Below, one piece after another: positions 12,915-25,212 of a stretch of DNA of 64,000 nucleotides. This stretch comes from the human T2T-CHM13v2.0 reference genome, Homo sapiens. Where the stretch lies: the NCBI RefSeq assembly GCF_009914755.1, contig NC_060931.1. One strand, given 5' to 3'. Every line of letters begins with the position of its first letter. Position 1 is the stretch's first letter. The notes beneath the pieces are model-generated. The model worked only from the letters and a program-made list of their open reading frames with translations, made no database searches and was not told the origin of the DNA. The position numbers and the translations under genes were made by a program.

Positions 12915-13830
12915 TTAAGGGAAATTACAAAGGAAAAGATTGATAGGTTTGTTCACATTCAAATTAAAAACTGTGCAGGCCAAAAAGTAATGAAAAATTA
13001 AAAGGCAAGGAAATTGGGAAAATACTTGCAACAAACATGCTAGACAAAATATTAACTTTCCAAATATGGTAAGAGGGCATGCAAATAGATTCAGAGCCCA
13101 ATAAATAAATGCATAAAGGATGTGAACAGGTTGCAAAGAGAAATGGACATTTCTAACAAACATGAAAAGTATTTGGTTTCACCAAGTAATCTGAGATGCA
13201 AATTAATACACTAATAGCATATCTTTTGTTTTGTTTTGTTTTTTTACCTAACAAAATTAGAAAACTCTCAGTCATTGTTGGTGTGTTCATAGGAGATCAA
13301 ATTGATACAACCTTACTTGAAATCAGTTTGGCAATATTTATCACAAGTCTTAGAATGTTCATACTCTGTGACTAAGTAATCCCATTTAAGGGTCTTTCTC
13401 CTAAGGGAACAACGTGAAATATACAGAGAGTTTTAAATTCAAATTGTTCATCACTAAAAATTGGTAATGATCTTAATGCTCAAAAATGGGGTAAGTGTTA
13501 AACAAATTATGGTTCAGTTATATAGTAGAGTGTGCTATAACCATTAAATGTGACATTTGCGCAGAATTTTTAGACATAAAGAAATGCTTGCATATTGAAT
13601 ACAAATTGAAAAAAAGAATAATGTAAAATGAGATGTAGATTATGCTTCTAGCTAGAATGTTACAAGATAATATATACACATATACATAGAAAAGGGCTGC
13701 AAGGAAATAAACCAAAATGTTGACAGTGATTATCTCTGGGTGGTGGGATTATGAGTGATTTTTCCTTTCAAGATTTTTTTTGTATTTAATCTTATAAACA
13801 TATGTGATTCATTGAAGTAAAATAATAACA
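12915..13830 (+). mobile_element. Ancient L1ME 3' region
   Basis: aaggaaaagattgataggttt, aaattgatacaacc..tttggcaatattt, caaattatgg, ccaaaatgttgacagtgattatctctgggtggtgggatt. Confidence 0.75.
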
Positions 13831-13876
13831 ACCACCACCATCACCATCAGATACTTTATTTTGAAAGTAAGGACAG

Positions 13877-14175
13877 GGCTGGGCGTGGTGTCTCACACCT
13901 GTAATCCCAGCACTTTGGGAGGCTGAGGCGGGCAGATCACCTGAGGTCAGGAGCTCGAGAGCAGCCTGGCCAACATGGCGAAACCCCGTCTCTACCAAAA
14001 TACAAAAATTAGCAGGGCATGCTGGCACATGCCTGTAATCTCAGCTACTCGGGAGGCTGAGGCAGGAGAATCGCTTGAACCTGGGGGAGCTGAGGTTGCA
14101 GTGAGCCGAGAATGCACCATTGCACTCCAGCCTGGGTGACAGAGCAAGACTCTGTCTAAAAAAAAAAAAAAAAAA
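13877..14175 (+). mobile_element. AluSx-like, full length
   Basis: gatcacctgaggtcaggag; TSD gaaagtaaggacag (13863-13876) / gaaattaaggacag (14178-14191). Confidence 0.95.
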
Positions 14176-15356
14176 GGGAAATTAAGGACAGGAGGAGGTA
14201 AACAGGGCACAGTTTGGGACTGTAAAACCCAGTCCCAAGCACAGACTGGGAAACCGGTTGACTTCAGTGGAGGCTCATGCTCAGGAGCTGCGTTAAGAAA
14301 TCCTGTTGCTGTCTCTAGGCTCAGAGTCCGGGGAGTAGGACAGGTTGTTGAGAGGAGCTGAGTCTTACCCTGAAGCCCAGGAGTTAGATCCAAGTCCAGG
14401 TTGGAAAGGTCTCACTTCTCTATGGAGAAAAAGGGGCAGCTCAGTGGTGGTCAGTGTTATGACAAGTGGGATAGAAGCCCCCAGGGAAAAGAGAGGGAGG
14501 AAAGAGACCTTCGGGAGCCTGGAAGATTGTTGTATATCCTCCCTGGGTCTGGCTTAGCGTGCGATAGAGAGCCGTGCTTTTGATATATCTTAACTGTGTG
14601 TAACCTACAACCCAGGATTCTCTAAACTTTAGAAAAAATACCTGTGCAGTTGAACTACAGTATCAGGGCTGCAGTGGACCAGACAGGGAAGTAATGCTTC
14701 AGAGAAGAAGAGAAAACAGGGAAAGACCAGGAACCCAGAAGACCATCTCTGGGAGAAAAATCACTCTTAGTGATGGAAGCAGTGAGTGAACTGAGGCAGG
14801 TTCAGCAGTAACGCGGCTGGGGGCAGCCCCTGTCTGGGTGTGCCACTGTGAGTTTCCTGACCTGGCCACTGTTTATGTGGATCTAAGCCTGTGTTCCCAC
14901 GTAGCTTCCCTGTGACCAACAGCGAGAGTGCTGCTGGGTTCTGTGTGGTTAGGGGTGCAGTCTGTAGTCAAGGAACAGAATGAAATTAATTAGCCCCCTT
15001 GGGATAGCTGCAGCCTATATCTTTGGACTCGTTAGCAAAGGGCTCTAACTAGGTGAGATAACCAGCTTCACGAGTAGGTTAGCTCTTGGCTGTCAGGATT
15101 TCTATTCTCTGCCCAATAGAGCAGAGGCTGAAAAATATTTCACAATAATCATCACAATGGAGGGACTCTGCAGGAGCCGGTAGGAGCTAGGTTTTTTTTG
15201 TTGTTGTTGTTGTTAGCTGACCCAACTATCCTGACATCATTGCTGGGCCTGAATGCAAAGCAGATAAAGTCCCCTCTGTGCATGTGCATGTGTGGGGACG
15301 TGTCACATGCATGCGTGCATATACATTTTGCTGTAATGTGTTCTTCACATCTGGGG

Positions 15357-15785
15357 ATATCTTAGGTGGGTTCATCCAGAAGCAGACCTTGAAATGGAGC
15401 TTTGTATGCAGAGGTTACTGGGGAGTGCCATGGGAGAGAGGGAGGGAGGGAGGAAGGCAGGGGAGCAGGACTGGTCAGAGGGAGCCACTGAGCGGCAATG
15501 GAGTTGCAGCAAACGTCTCAGTCATTTGGACCTGGGATAGCCCTTCAGAGTGTCCTGTTGTTTTATGAAGTTGGTCACTTCGTACCCTCCACTGACCCAA
15601 TTGACCTGTCATTGGGTGCCAGCCATCGCTTGGAAAGGGTCATACCTTAGGTGAAACCTTACCTTTGGCCAGGATTGATTCCCCGGGTGGAACTCAGCCT
15701 CGAGTCTCAGCAGGGGGATGACTAGAAGATCCCATGCCTCCGCTCTGAAGTGGGATCTTGGTGGCATCCCACGGCACCCACCACA
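15357..15785 (-). mobile_element. ERVL LTR, LTR16C-like
   Basis: ccagaagcagaccttgaaatggag..ggatagcccttcagagtgtcc..gtcattgg..ggatcttggtggcatcccacggcacccaccaca. Confidence 0.65.
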
Positions 15786-16026
15786 GGGGGTGATGAGAGT
15801 CTTAGAATCCCTGCATTCTGAAAACTGTTCCCATCCTGGGCTCATCCATGGTGGTTTCCAACAGGACAGCCTTCCTGATGGTCCTGGTCACTGTTATCAG
15901 GAGGCTACATGGAGCTTTTCCATAGGACTTGGTGGATCTGCTTCTAGAATACCATCAACCTCATGACCTGTGGCAGTGAACCTGGGCTTTGCCCCCTAGT
16001 GTAGGGAGCTGAAGTTGGTCACTTGA

Positions 16027-16328
16027 GCACTGTCCGGTAGAAACAGAACATAAGCCACAGATTTAACATTTTTCTTGTAGCCACCTAAAAAAATAAAAAG
16101 AAACAGATGTCATTAATTTTAATAACATAGTTTAACTTAATATCAAAATTTTATTTCAACATATAATCAACATTGAAAAATATTTTAATTCGATTTAATT
16201 ATTTTGTACTAGGTCTTTGAAATCACATGTTAATTTTATACTATGGTGCATCTCAATTCAGACTGGCTACATTTCAAGTGTGCAGTAGCCATGTGTGGGT
16301 AGTGGCTACTGTATTGGATAGTTCTAGA
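16027..16328. mobile_element. MER33 hAT-Charlie MITE
   Basis: cactgtcc..tagccac..ttaattttaataac..tcaattcagactggctacatttcaagtgtgcagtagccatgtgtgggtagtggctactgtattgga. Confidence 0.85.
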
Positions 16329-17131
16329 GTACAACCTCTTTCTGCCATGAATTTACTCCTCCCATTTAAAAAAATGAGGTTTTTAATTGGAGGAGGTGAG
16401 ATGGCCAATAATTCAAATTAATTACCATTATTATTAAAAAACATGTACAACACACCAGATTGAATTTGTTTTATGTGCAGTACAAAGAAGACTATTCCAG
16501 ATTGGTATTTCCCTTCTAGAAGTTTCTAAGCTTCTGCTACAGTGTTTACTGATTTGGCTTCTAAATCTGTATTATCAGTCTTCAGCTTAGGCTGCAAAAG
16601 TAGAATATTCTTGTCTCTTCCATGGATGATGACACCTTTCACTTTCCCAAAGTAGAAAGTTAATGATTTTCTGTGTTGTAAATGAGGACAAGAATTTCTG
16701 TGATTACAAATTTTACTTTTAAGAATATTTCTGGGTAAAACTATTTAATTGATTAGATTGCATTTTAATACCGAAGAGAACAGTATTATAAATGAGTTAG
16801 ATCTCCTTTGCCTTTGGCAAACACCAGGATGGATTTTCTAGGTATAAACACACAGCTGTGTGCACTGTTTTGCTATTATTTATATGAAGCCAATTGCTTT
16901 CTCATCCTCTACTGCTCTGAGTTTGTGTGTGTTCCTTTTGCTTTTCCATGTCTCTGTTTCTTTCCTCCTCCTTGTGATTTGGTATCTGCTAGCTTTTGAT
17001 AAGTTTTCTGAAAGGTGGGTGCTGGGAAGGTTGCACTTCTGGACTTCCTGCCTTGTGACTCCACCTGGTGGGAAGCCCCCATGAGTGGAGGTTCCATGAA
17101 TTGAGAACATTGTCATGTCCTCTGGGATCCC

Positions 17132-17356
17132 TTTTTTTTTTTTTTAAATTTATTTCATAGCTTTTGGGGTACAAGCATTTTTTTTTGTTCTGTTACATGG
17201 ATGAATTCTGTAGTGGTGAACTCTGGGATTTTAGTGCACCCGTCACCCGAGTAGTGTACATTGTACCTAATGTGTAGTTTTTTTTTTAATCCCTAGCCCC
17301 CTCCCATCCTCCCCCTTCTGAGTCTCTGAAGTCCATTATATCACTCTGTATGCCTT
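17132..17356 (-). mobile_element. L1PB 3' end (severely 5'-truncated)
   Basis: T-tail then tagcttttggggtacaag..gttacatggatgaatt..gtgcacccgtcacccgagtagtgtacattgtacc. Confidence 0.85.
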
Positions 17357-17426
17357 TTTTTGGTTGAAGAAGTTTCCTGCTTTCCTGGTTCATCTCATCC
17401 TAGGCACCAATATTACAGATTATTTA

Positions 17427-17745
<319 letters not shown>

Positions 17746-17869
17746 AGAATTTATCTGGTTCCTCAGCTACCAAGGCTCCAGCAAGATTTGAGGGCACGTG
17801 GTGGCGTTGGTTTCTGTCAGACCTCTTTAAAGGAGCTTCGCTTTGCTTCCTTCAGAATAGGCCTGGCTA

Positions 17870-18497
17870 GTTGAAACACATGAACTACATACCTAATTTT
17901 AGATTTTCCAGTAGCCACATTAGAAAAAGTAAAAAGGAATGGGTTGACTTAAATTTAATAGTGTATTTTACTTGGCCCTATATATCCAAAATATTATTCT
18001 TGTTTCAATGAATAATCAATGTAAAATTTATCGAGAGATCTTTTTTTTTGCACTAAGTTTTCAAAATCTGGTGTACTTAAAACACATCTGAATTTGGGTG
18101 CTACATTTTCATCAGAAATACTTGATCTATAGTTTTATAGAGTCCATAAAACTGACAATTGAAAATGTGAATGCACATATCCAAGTTATTCCAGACATAT
18201 TTAAAAGCTTTTTAATAACTGAATTGAGTCCCAAAAAATCAGCTCTAATATTCATGCTCCTATTAATAGAACTGGTTTATCTTTTTGAAATAAGATTAAC
18301 TTTGAAGCAGATTGACTTTGAAGCAGAGTGAAAAGTAGTCCTACCAAAGTTGTGTTTAGTGGCAACAGGCTTTATATTGCCTTCATTTTAAAATTTAAGT
18401 GGAAGTTTGATTAAAATTACATCAAAGTCGAAATTTACTTTCTCAATCCCAGTAGCCACATTTCAGCTAATCAATAGCCACATGCCCGGCTATTTTA
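17870..18497. mobile_element. Charlie5-like hAT derivative (MER33-like left end, MER3-like right end)
   Basis: ttccagtagccacattagaaaaagtaaaa..tcagaaatacttgatct..tagccacatttcag..aatagccacatg. Confidence 0.65.
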
Positions 18498-18599
18498 GAA
18501 TCTTTTAAAGTACTGTTGAATTGAAACAAACAATATAAACAGAGCAGAACTGCATAGTGATTTCCTCATGGTATTCGCTCTGTGGCTATTTTCACACTT

Positions 18600-18966
<367 letters not shown>

Positions 18967-20399
18967 CCGATTCTTTATCTGAGATTCCAGCTGCTGTCTC
19001 TCTGCCTTTGAGTTGCATTCACTCCTGTCTCCTGTCTTTATGTCATTGTTTTCCACTTTTCCCTCCATCTACCTTTTTTTCTTCCTCTTTCTCCTCCTTT
19101 TGCATCTGATTTTCTTCTTGAACTAGGCACAAAGTCTATTTTTTAAATGTTCTTTTGTGTGTTGGCTAGCTTTAAATCCCCAGGAATAAAATAAGAGAGA
19201 CAGTTTAGATTTTTCATTCACGTTAAATAAAGTAAAACTTAAACAAACCCCAAACAACCAAAGTCATGTGACCCTGGCTTGATTGCCTTTTTTTCGGGTC
19301 ATTGACTAATGAAGGGGAGAACTGTCTCTTTCTCGGAGTCCATGCGAGGTCAGCCTGGGACTCTGTGTGTGGTTTTGCAGAGAGGGCCTCTGGGACGGTC
19401 ACTTGTGGATTTTTGTTCTTTTGTTTTTGACTCCAACCGTTAACTTCTGCTTGGAGATTAAAAATGACACTGAAGTCTCTCAGCACTTCTGTCTTTGTAA
19501 GGGGTGGAGCGTGGTCAGCTCTGCTCTATGGGGTTATGGCAGCCATCAGAAGTAGGAAGAAGCCTCTTAACCAAGGATGTGAGATGCTGATGAAGCTGAG
19601 GGAAACGTCAGCAGGGGCTGGTGGTGTCCTCAAACGGAGACTGGAGGAAGGGGAGCAGAGGGGAGTGAGGCAGGAACCTCAGGTTAATTTGGGCCAGTAG
19701 AAGTGTGACCGTTACCAGGTCACTCTCCTCGCTGGGCCTCGGCTTCCTTCCTCCTTCTCAAATCCAGCTGCACTCTTTGTGGTTCCCCTACTGTACTGGC
19801 CCATGGGCCCAGATCTATTTTGCAGAACATTCTCGTTCTCATTGCCAGCCATGCAGCCAGTGACAGGGCTGAGAAGAGGTGAAGCCAAACATTTGTATTA
19901 TTAAAAGTTATGAGGGGAAGGAAAGTAATAGTGGCGAGTGTATTTTCATGTTCCATTTCACTCCTGGAATAATTCAAGTCCGTGTGGACCATTTTTGCTT
20001 GACCTGTCAAGACCCAAACATGTATCCACCACTGAATACCCCTGTGTACCTGTGTCCTCCACAATGCCTGCCCTCATGACGGTCCAGTATTCATAGCCTT
20101 CCACTAGAGCTGGTAGAAGAGGCAAAACCGGGGCTGCGGACATTTTGGGGGAGCGTTTTGTGCAGTTCAGTCTTATTCAGTTTACCAAATGTTTCTCACG
20201 ATTTTTTCAAACCTATATTTTTAGGCTGTTATTTTGCACCAGGTCCTGAGATAAGCATTGCATAAAGCTCAGCTCATTTACTTATGTGCCAGGGTAGACA
20301 GGTCCTTTAAAAAAATCCATACAGTTCCTTTCATCCAGAGCTTGGAAGTATGTCTATGTAACATAACTGACGGTGTAAAACGTAACTCACGAAACAGGT

Positions 20400-21293
20400 A
20401 ACTGTGCAAAGCAGTGTTGTATTAAGTACCCAAATGATACTATGGCAAATAAATGCATCAGACATTCAGAGAAGGGAGAGATGACTTAGGACTAAAATTG
20501 AGCCTTGAAGGTAGCTATGACTGGGATAACTGGAGAGAAAGGAAGATGACATTTTGAGTTGGAATAAAAGGGGCTAAAATTTTGGTTATGGTGGGCTAGA
20601 AAGGCTATAGGACACAAAAGATACACATGTGAGTAATTGTTGAATGAACAAACGGATGGCTCCAGGCTTTTAAGCCTAGGCGGCAGAACCTAGTGAGGCT
20701 GTGAGAAGGAGTAATGAGAATGGTGACAATGATTTCAGTTTGAAGCACGTAGAGTCTGTGATGATGACAGGTCCGGCTGGAGATGCTTGTGGGCACCTGA
20801 ATTAGAGTGTCAGTGAAAAATTGAGTGAGAATACAGATTCGAGAGTCATGGAATAGAGGTGATAGTGAAGTCATAAAATAGGATGTGTTTCCAGGATGAA
20901 AGAGGAAGGTGTGAAGTGCACATAGGTTGCCCTCGTGGGGAAGAAGAACTCAGCAAAGGGCACAAAGAAGGATGCACAGGGCCAGGCTTGGTGGCTCATG
21001 CCTGTAATCCTAACATTTTGGGAGGCTGAGGTGGGCAGATTGCCTGAGCTCAGGAGTTCGAAACCAGCCTGGGCAACATGGAGAAACCCCATCTCTACTA
21101 AAAATACAAAATTTAGCAGGCATGGTGGCGTGTGCCTGTAATCCCAGCTACTCGGGAGGGTGAGGCAGGAGAATTGCTTGAACCTGGGAGGCAAGAGAAT
21201 TGCTTGAACCTGGGAGGCGGAGGTTGCAGTGAGCCGAGATCGCACCACTGGACTCCGAACTCCAGCCTGGGTGACAGAGCAAGACTCCATCAC

Positions 21294-21335
<42 letters not shown>

Positions 21336-21420
21336 AGGATGCACAGGGGAGGTAGGAGGAGAGCCAAGAAACATCATGTTAAGGGGCCCAGGAGTGAGAA
21401 GGTTTCGCAGTGTGGGCTGC
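20400..21420 (-). mobile_element. L2 fragments (hosting the Alu at 20980)
   Basis: gagccttgaagg, ctccaggcttttaagcctagg, atacagattcgagagtcat..aggtgatagtgaagtcat. Confidence 0.55.
20980..21330 (+). mobile_element. AluS with internal 26-bp tandem duplication and long pure poly(A)
   Basis: Perfect 16-bp TSD AAAGAAGGATGCACAG at 20964-20979 and 21331-21346; duplicated gaggcRRgagaattgcttgaacctgg. Confidence 0.95.
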
Positions 21421-22479
21421 CTCCTGGGAAAGGGAGGGAAAACAGGACTGTGGAAAGGCCAGAAGCAGAACCCAGGCTGCTTCTGGAGTGGAACTGGGGA
21501 AGGACATTTGTGGATGGAGGTTTGTTCATTTTACACTTGCAGATAATTTTGCCCAGAGGCCTGAATGTTAAACTCTTGCTATAGAGGTTAAGACTTCTTT
21601 TGAGAACATTTTGCAAAATAAAGAAATGGCAAAAAGTCTCCGATAGTCTGTTGAGTTTACAGCAAGAAGAGAAATCACCGAGGTCTTAGAACTGTTTTCC
21701 TTCTCTTCTGAGAATCCTCTCCTGCAAACTCTCTCATTTCTGCAAATAGTGCTCATACGCTTTCACTTGTCCTTAAGCTCAAATGCAGCCACATCGTATA
21801 CATAAGCCAGCTCCCCTGATGGAACTCCACAGGAATTGGGAATGCCTATAGATTTTTCAGCGGAAATAGAGGCAAGAGAATTGGCATGCTGTGAGTCGAT
21901 CTTCATCCAAACCTTTTCCAAATCCATATTCTTTTCGTTGTGTAAGTTTGTCCAGTGAATTTCATTATGGTCCGTGATAGAAATGTTATTGTGTGGAGAC
22001 AGATGTAAATCCACTTCTGTTATATAAACAAGTACTTTTGGACCTCACTCTGGAACCACCGTCAGACTGGAAAAGGGTTTGGAAGTAGGGATGGGAGTAG
22101 TAGAGTTTGGGAAATGATGCGATTTTTTTTTTTCCTGAATTCCAACCAAACCTGTAAATTTTTAAGATTTCTACAAACTTAGGAAAAGCCTGTTTAGCTT
22201 AGGCCTATCACAACTTTTTATTTTTGTTCAAATTTGTTTCTGAGGGGATGAGTCTGAATAAGAATCAGGTTGCTTCCAGATCCCAGACAGCTACTGAGGA
22301 CCAGCAGCAAATGTGTCCATTTTTTGTTGATAGTTCATCTCTATGGAGCCATGCTTATTTTAGTTCACATAAAAATGTATTACCAAATATCTATTACTTC
22401 TTGAGTAAAATGAAATTGAAAAATACTTACAGAGTAATGACCCATTTCCCCATGTGGATGCAAGTGGCAAATCTTTTCA

Positions 22480-22990
22480 TTCATGATTTCAGCATGTATT
22501 TATCAGGTTCAGTACGATGTTTCTGAGACTACGAAAGGGTATTTGGAGTAACGTCCATCCTCTAGGGGGTTGTAACGTAGGTAGAGAGACAAGAAGATCT
22601 TCAATAAAATGATTTAAAAGTAATTTGGCTAAATATGTAAGACACTTTGTAGCCTATATGCTAAGAATTCAAAATAAGTATTTTTTTAAGGGGTAGAGAA
22701 ACCAGAGATGGCTTCCTGGAGGAGGCGGATCAAGAACTGGATCATGTAGAGTTAAAACTGGAAAAAATTTGTGGAGGCTGGAAAAGAGTGTGTGCAGGTA
22801 AGCAAAGGCGTAGAGATGGGAACAAGAGACATGGTGTAGGTGAAGAATTTGTGTTGTAGAGAAACGAAGGATGAGATTTGGTAAAGGGGCCGGGGTCAGA
22901 GTGCAGAAGGGCCTGAGTGCCAGACTCGTAAATGCTGTGCACACCTTAGGGGCTATGGGGCTGCTGTAGGATCTGAATAAGGGAGCATGT
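22480..22990 (-). mobile_element. Degraded L2 fragments
   Basis: ttcattc..tatttatcagg, ggcttcctggaggagg, gtaagcaaaggcgtagag, agggcctgagtgccag. Confidence 0.55.
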
Positions 22991-23029
22991 CCAGCCACCC
23001 CCAGCACTCTTTTCCCCATTACCAAGCAT

Positions 23030-23195
23030 TCCTTCTTTAAAGAGCTTATTGCTCTCTAAAATAAACGTCTGGTTATCTGTTTGCTTCTTTGTAGATCATC
23101 TCTGCAGCTAGAATGTGAGCACCATGGGGTCAGGGAACATGTGTCTCTGATTCGCGATAGGACTTTTCCCAGTATCTAGAACAATCCTGACAGAA
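23030..23195 (+). mobile_element. L2a 3' fragment
   Basis: ctagaatgtgagcaccatggggtcaggga..tcccagtatctagaacaatcctgaca. Confidence 0.7.
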
Positions 23196-23196
23196 T

Positions 23197-23473
23197 TATA
23201 TATGTATGTGTGTACATATGTATAAATCTTTCGCTCTCTCTCTCTATGTATATATAGAGAGAGAACTTTGTGGAAATAGATATTTATCTTTATACATAGA
23301 TATCTCTCTATATATAGGTTTCTCTCTACACACACACACACACACACAATTCAAATCAAGATATATGGCTATGTAGATATAGATATTTATATATACACAG
23401 ATATAGATGTAGATAATTCTTTATATACATGGATATATCTCTCTGTAGGTCTCTCTGTCTCTCTATCTATATA
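23197..23473. repeat. Compound (TA)/(TC)/(GA)/(CA) low-complexity tract
   Basis: Mosaic of dinucleotide runs read directly. Confidence 0.85.
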
Positions 23474-23840
23474 AGCTTCCTGGAAAATAATGCACACTTA
23501 GAATTTTTTGCCTACGGTTTTAGACTGGTTACCTCCCTATCACAGTAGTCCATCCCCAGACCCATGAGGGACCCTGAAATGGGCTTAAGATCACAGGTTC
23601 TGCTCGAGATGTTTGAATTCAGCTGCCTCCAAGCGACATCCATAGCTTCTCCCTCTGTCACGTGGGAAAGGGATTTTCTTTGGGCTTTCATTCTTTTTGG
23701 CAGTAGGGAAAGGGAAAGAGGATGGAGCCATGCTTTGTCTTTGTATTTCTAGTGGAGGATGCAGAGGAAGAAGAATGGGAGAGAACTTCTAGCAGATTCT
23801 CTAAAAGGTGGGAGCTGTAATACCAGGGCATATCAGAGGT

Positions 23841-24021
23841 GTGATTGTCAGGTAATGTAGGATGCCAAGTTACATTTGCATTGCAGGTAAACAATGACCA
23901 AATTTTTTGTGTATGTTCCAAGTATTTCCTAGGATATACATATACTAAAAATTATTTGTTGTTTATCTGAAATTCAAATTGAACTGAGTGGTCTTTTTAT
24001 TCCCTCTAAATCTGGCAACCT
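23841..24021. mobile_element. MER53 palindromic hAT MITE
   Basis: tactaaaaattatttgttgtttatctgaaattcaaatt..taaatctggcaacc. Confidence 0.8.
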
Positions 24022-24215
24022 TAATTAATTGGGGGCTCTCAGGACCCTCATGAGATCTTGTGTCTGGCACCCCTCCAGGCCCTGTCATGTGTCCTCCCCT
24101 GTCAGGTGTCACTCAATCCTCTGTTAATGCATATGTGACCAGTCTTCCCCTTTCTCTTTTTTTTTTCAGTCCATCTCTAAAGCATTCTTCAAGTTGTTTC
24201 TTAAATTGCAAATAT

Positions 24216-25068
24216 AACCATGCATGGCTTAAAGATGGGGATACGTGGCCGGGCACAGTAGCTCACGCCTGCAATCCCAGCACTTTGGGAGGCTGAGGTG
24301 GGCAGATCATTTGAGGTCAGGAGTTGGAGACAAGCCTGGCCAACATGGTGAAACCCTGCCTCCACTAAAAATACAAAAGTTAGTCAGGTGTGGTGGCAGG
24401 CGCCTGTAATCCCAGCTACTCAGTAGGGTGAGGCACGAGAATCGCTTGAACCTGGGAGGCGGAGGTTGTAGTGAGCCGAGATTGCGCCACTGCGCTCCAG
24501 CCTAGCAAATAAGTGTATCGGATATTCAGAGAGTGAGACTCTGTCCCAAAAAATAAAGATGGGGATACGTTCTGAGAAATGCATCATTAAGCAATGTTGT
24601 TGCTGTGTCAACATCCTGGAGTGTACTTATACAGACATTGACGGTATAGCCTACTACGCACCTGGGCTACATGATATAGCCCATTGCTCCTAGGCTACAA
24701 ACCTGTACAGCATGTTACTATACTGAATTGTACACAATGATAAGTATTTGTATATCTAAATATAGAAAAGGTACAGTAAATATAAGGTATAAAAGGTAAA
24801 AAATGATACTTCTGTATAGAACACTTACCATGAATGGAGCTTGCAGGACTGCAAGTTGCTCTGGGTGAGTCGGTGAGTGAATGTGAAGGCCTATGACATT
24901 TGTATACACTACTGTAGGCTTCATAAGCACGATACACTTAGGCCACCCTCAATTTATGAAAGATACTTTTCTTTCTGCAATAATAAATTAACCTTAGCTT
25001 ACTCGATGACCACTGTCATATATGTAGTTCTTTGTTGATGGATACACTTTAGCCGGTGTATGGACTAT
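24216..25068 (+). mobile_element. Tigger3 (short, Tigger3c-like) split by an Alu
   Basis: ggggatacgttctgagaaatgc..ctcctaggctacaaacctgtacagcatg..gaatggagcttgcaggactgcaagttgctctgggtgagtc. Confidence 0.9.
24247..24554 (+). mobile_element. AluSz/Sx-like with short non-Alu insert near 3' end
   Basis: Perfect 16-bp TSD AAAGATGGGGATACGT at 24231-24246 and 24555-24570. Confidence 0.95.
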
Positions 25069-25212
25069 ATTTTGTTGCGTGCTCAGAGCTGGGTCTCTCC
25101 TATTGTGACTTTAGAGTTTCCTGCTGAGATTTTTGAGCTGCAGATAATGTGGGCTGTTGGATGTTGGTGGTTCCTTATAGAAGAAGGGCCTACCTGGAAG
25201 AGGAAGAGTGAC

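Noticed and set aside
14200-14980. Possible ancient LTR (also 12290-12540, 31530-31840 and 42560-43400)
   Set aside because: Repeat-like in texture but I cannot assign a family or boundaries from the sequence alone
20871-21584. Longest ORFs in the track (168, 150 and 105 aa)
   Set aside because: They run through the Alu and its poly(A) (poly-K/poly-F); typical Alu-derived spurious ORFs
23841-24021. MER53 as a miR-1302-type precursor
   Set aside because: The arms are visibly diverged from each other and nothing in the sequence supports processing
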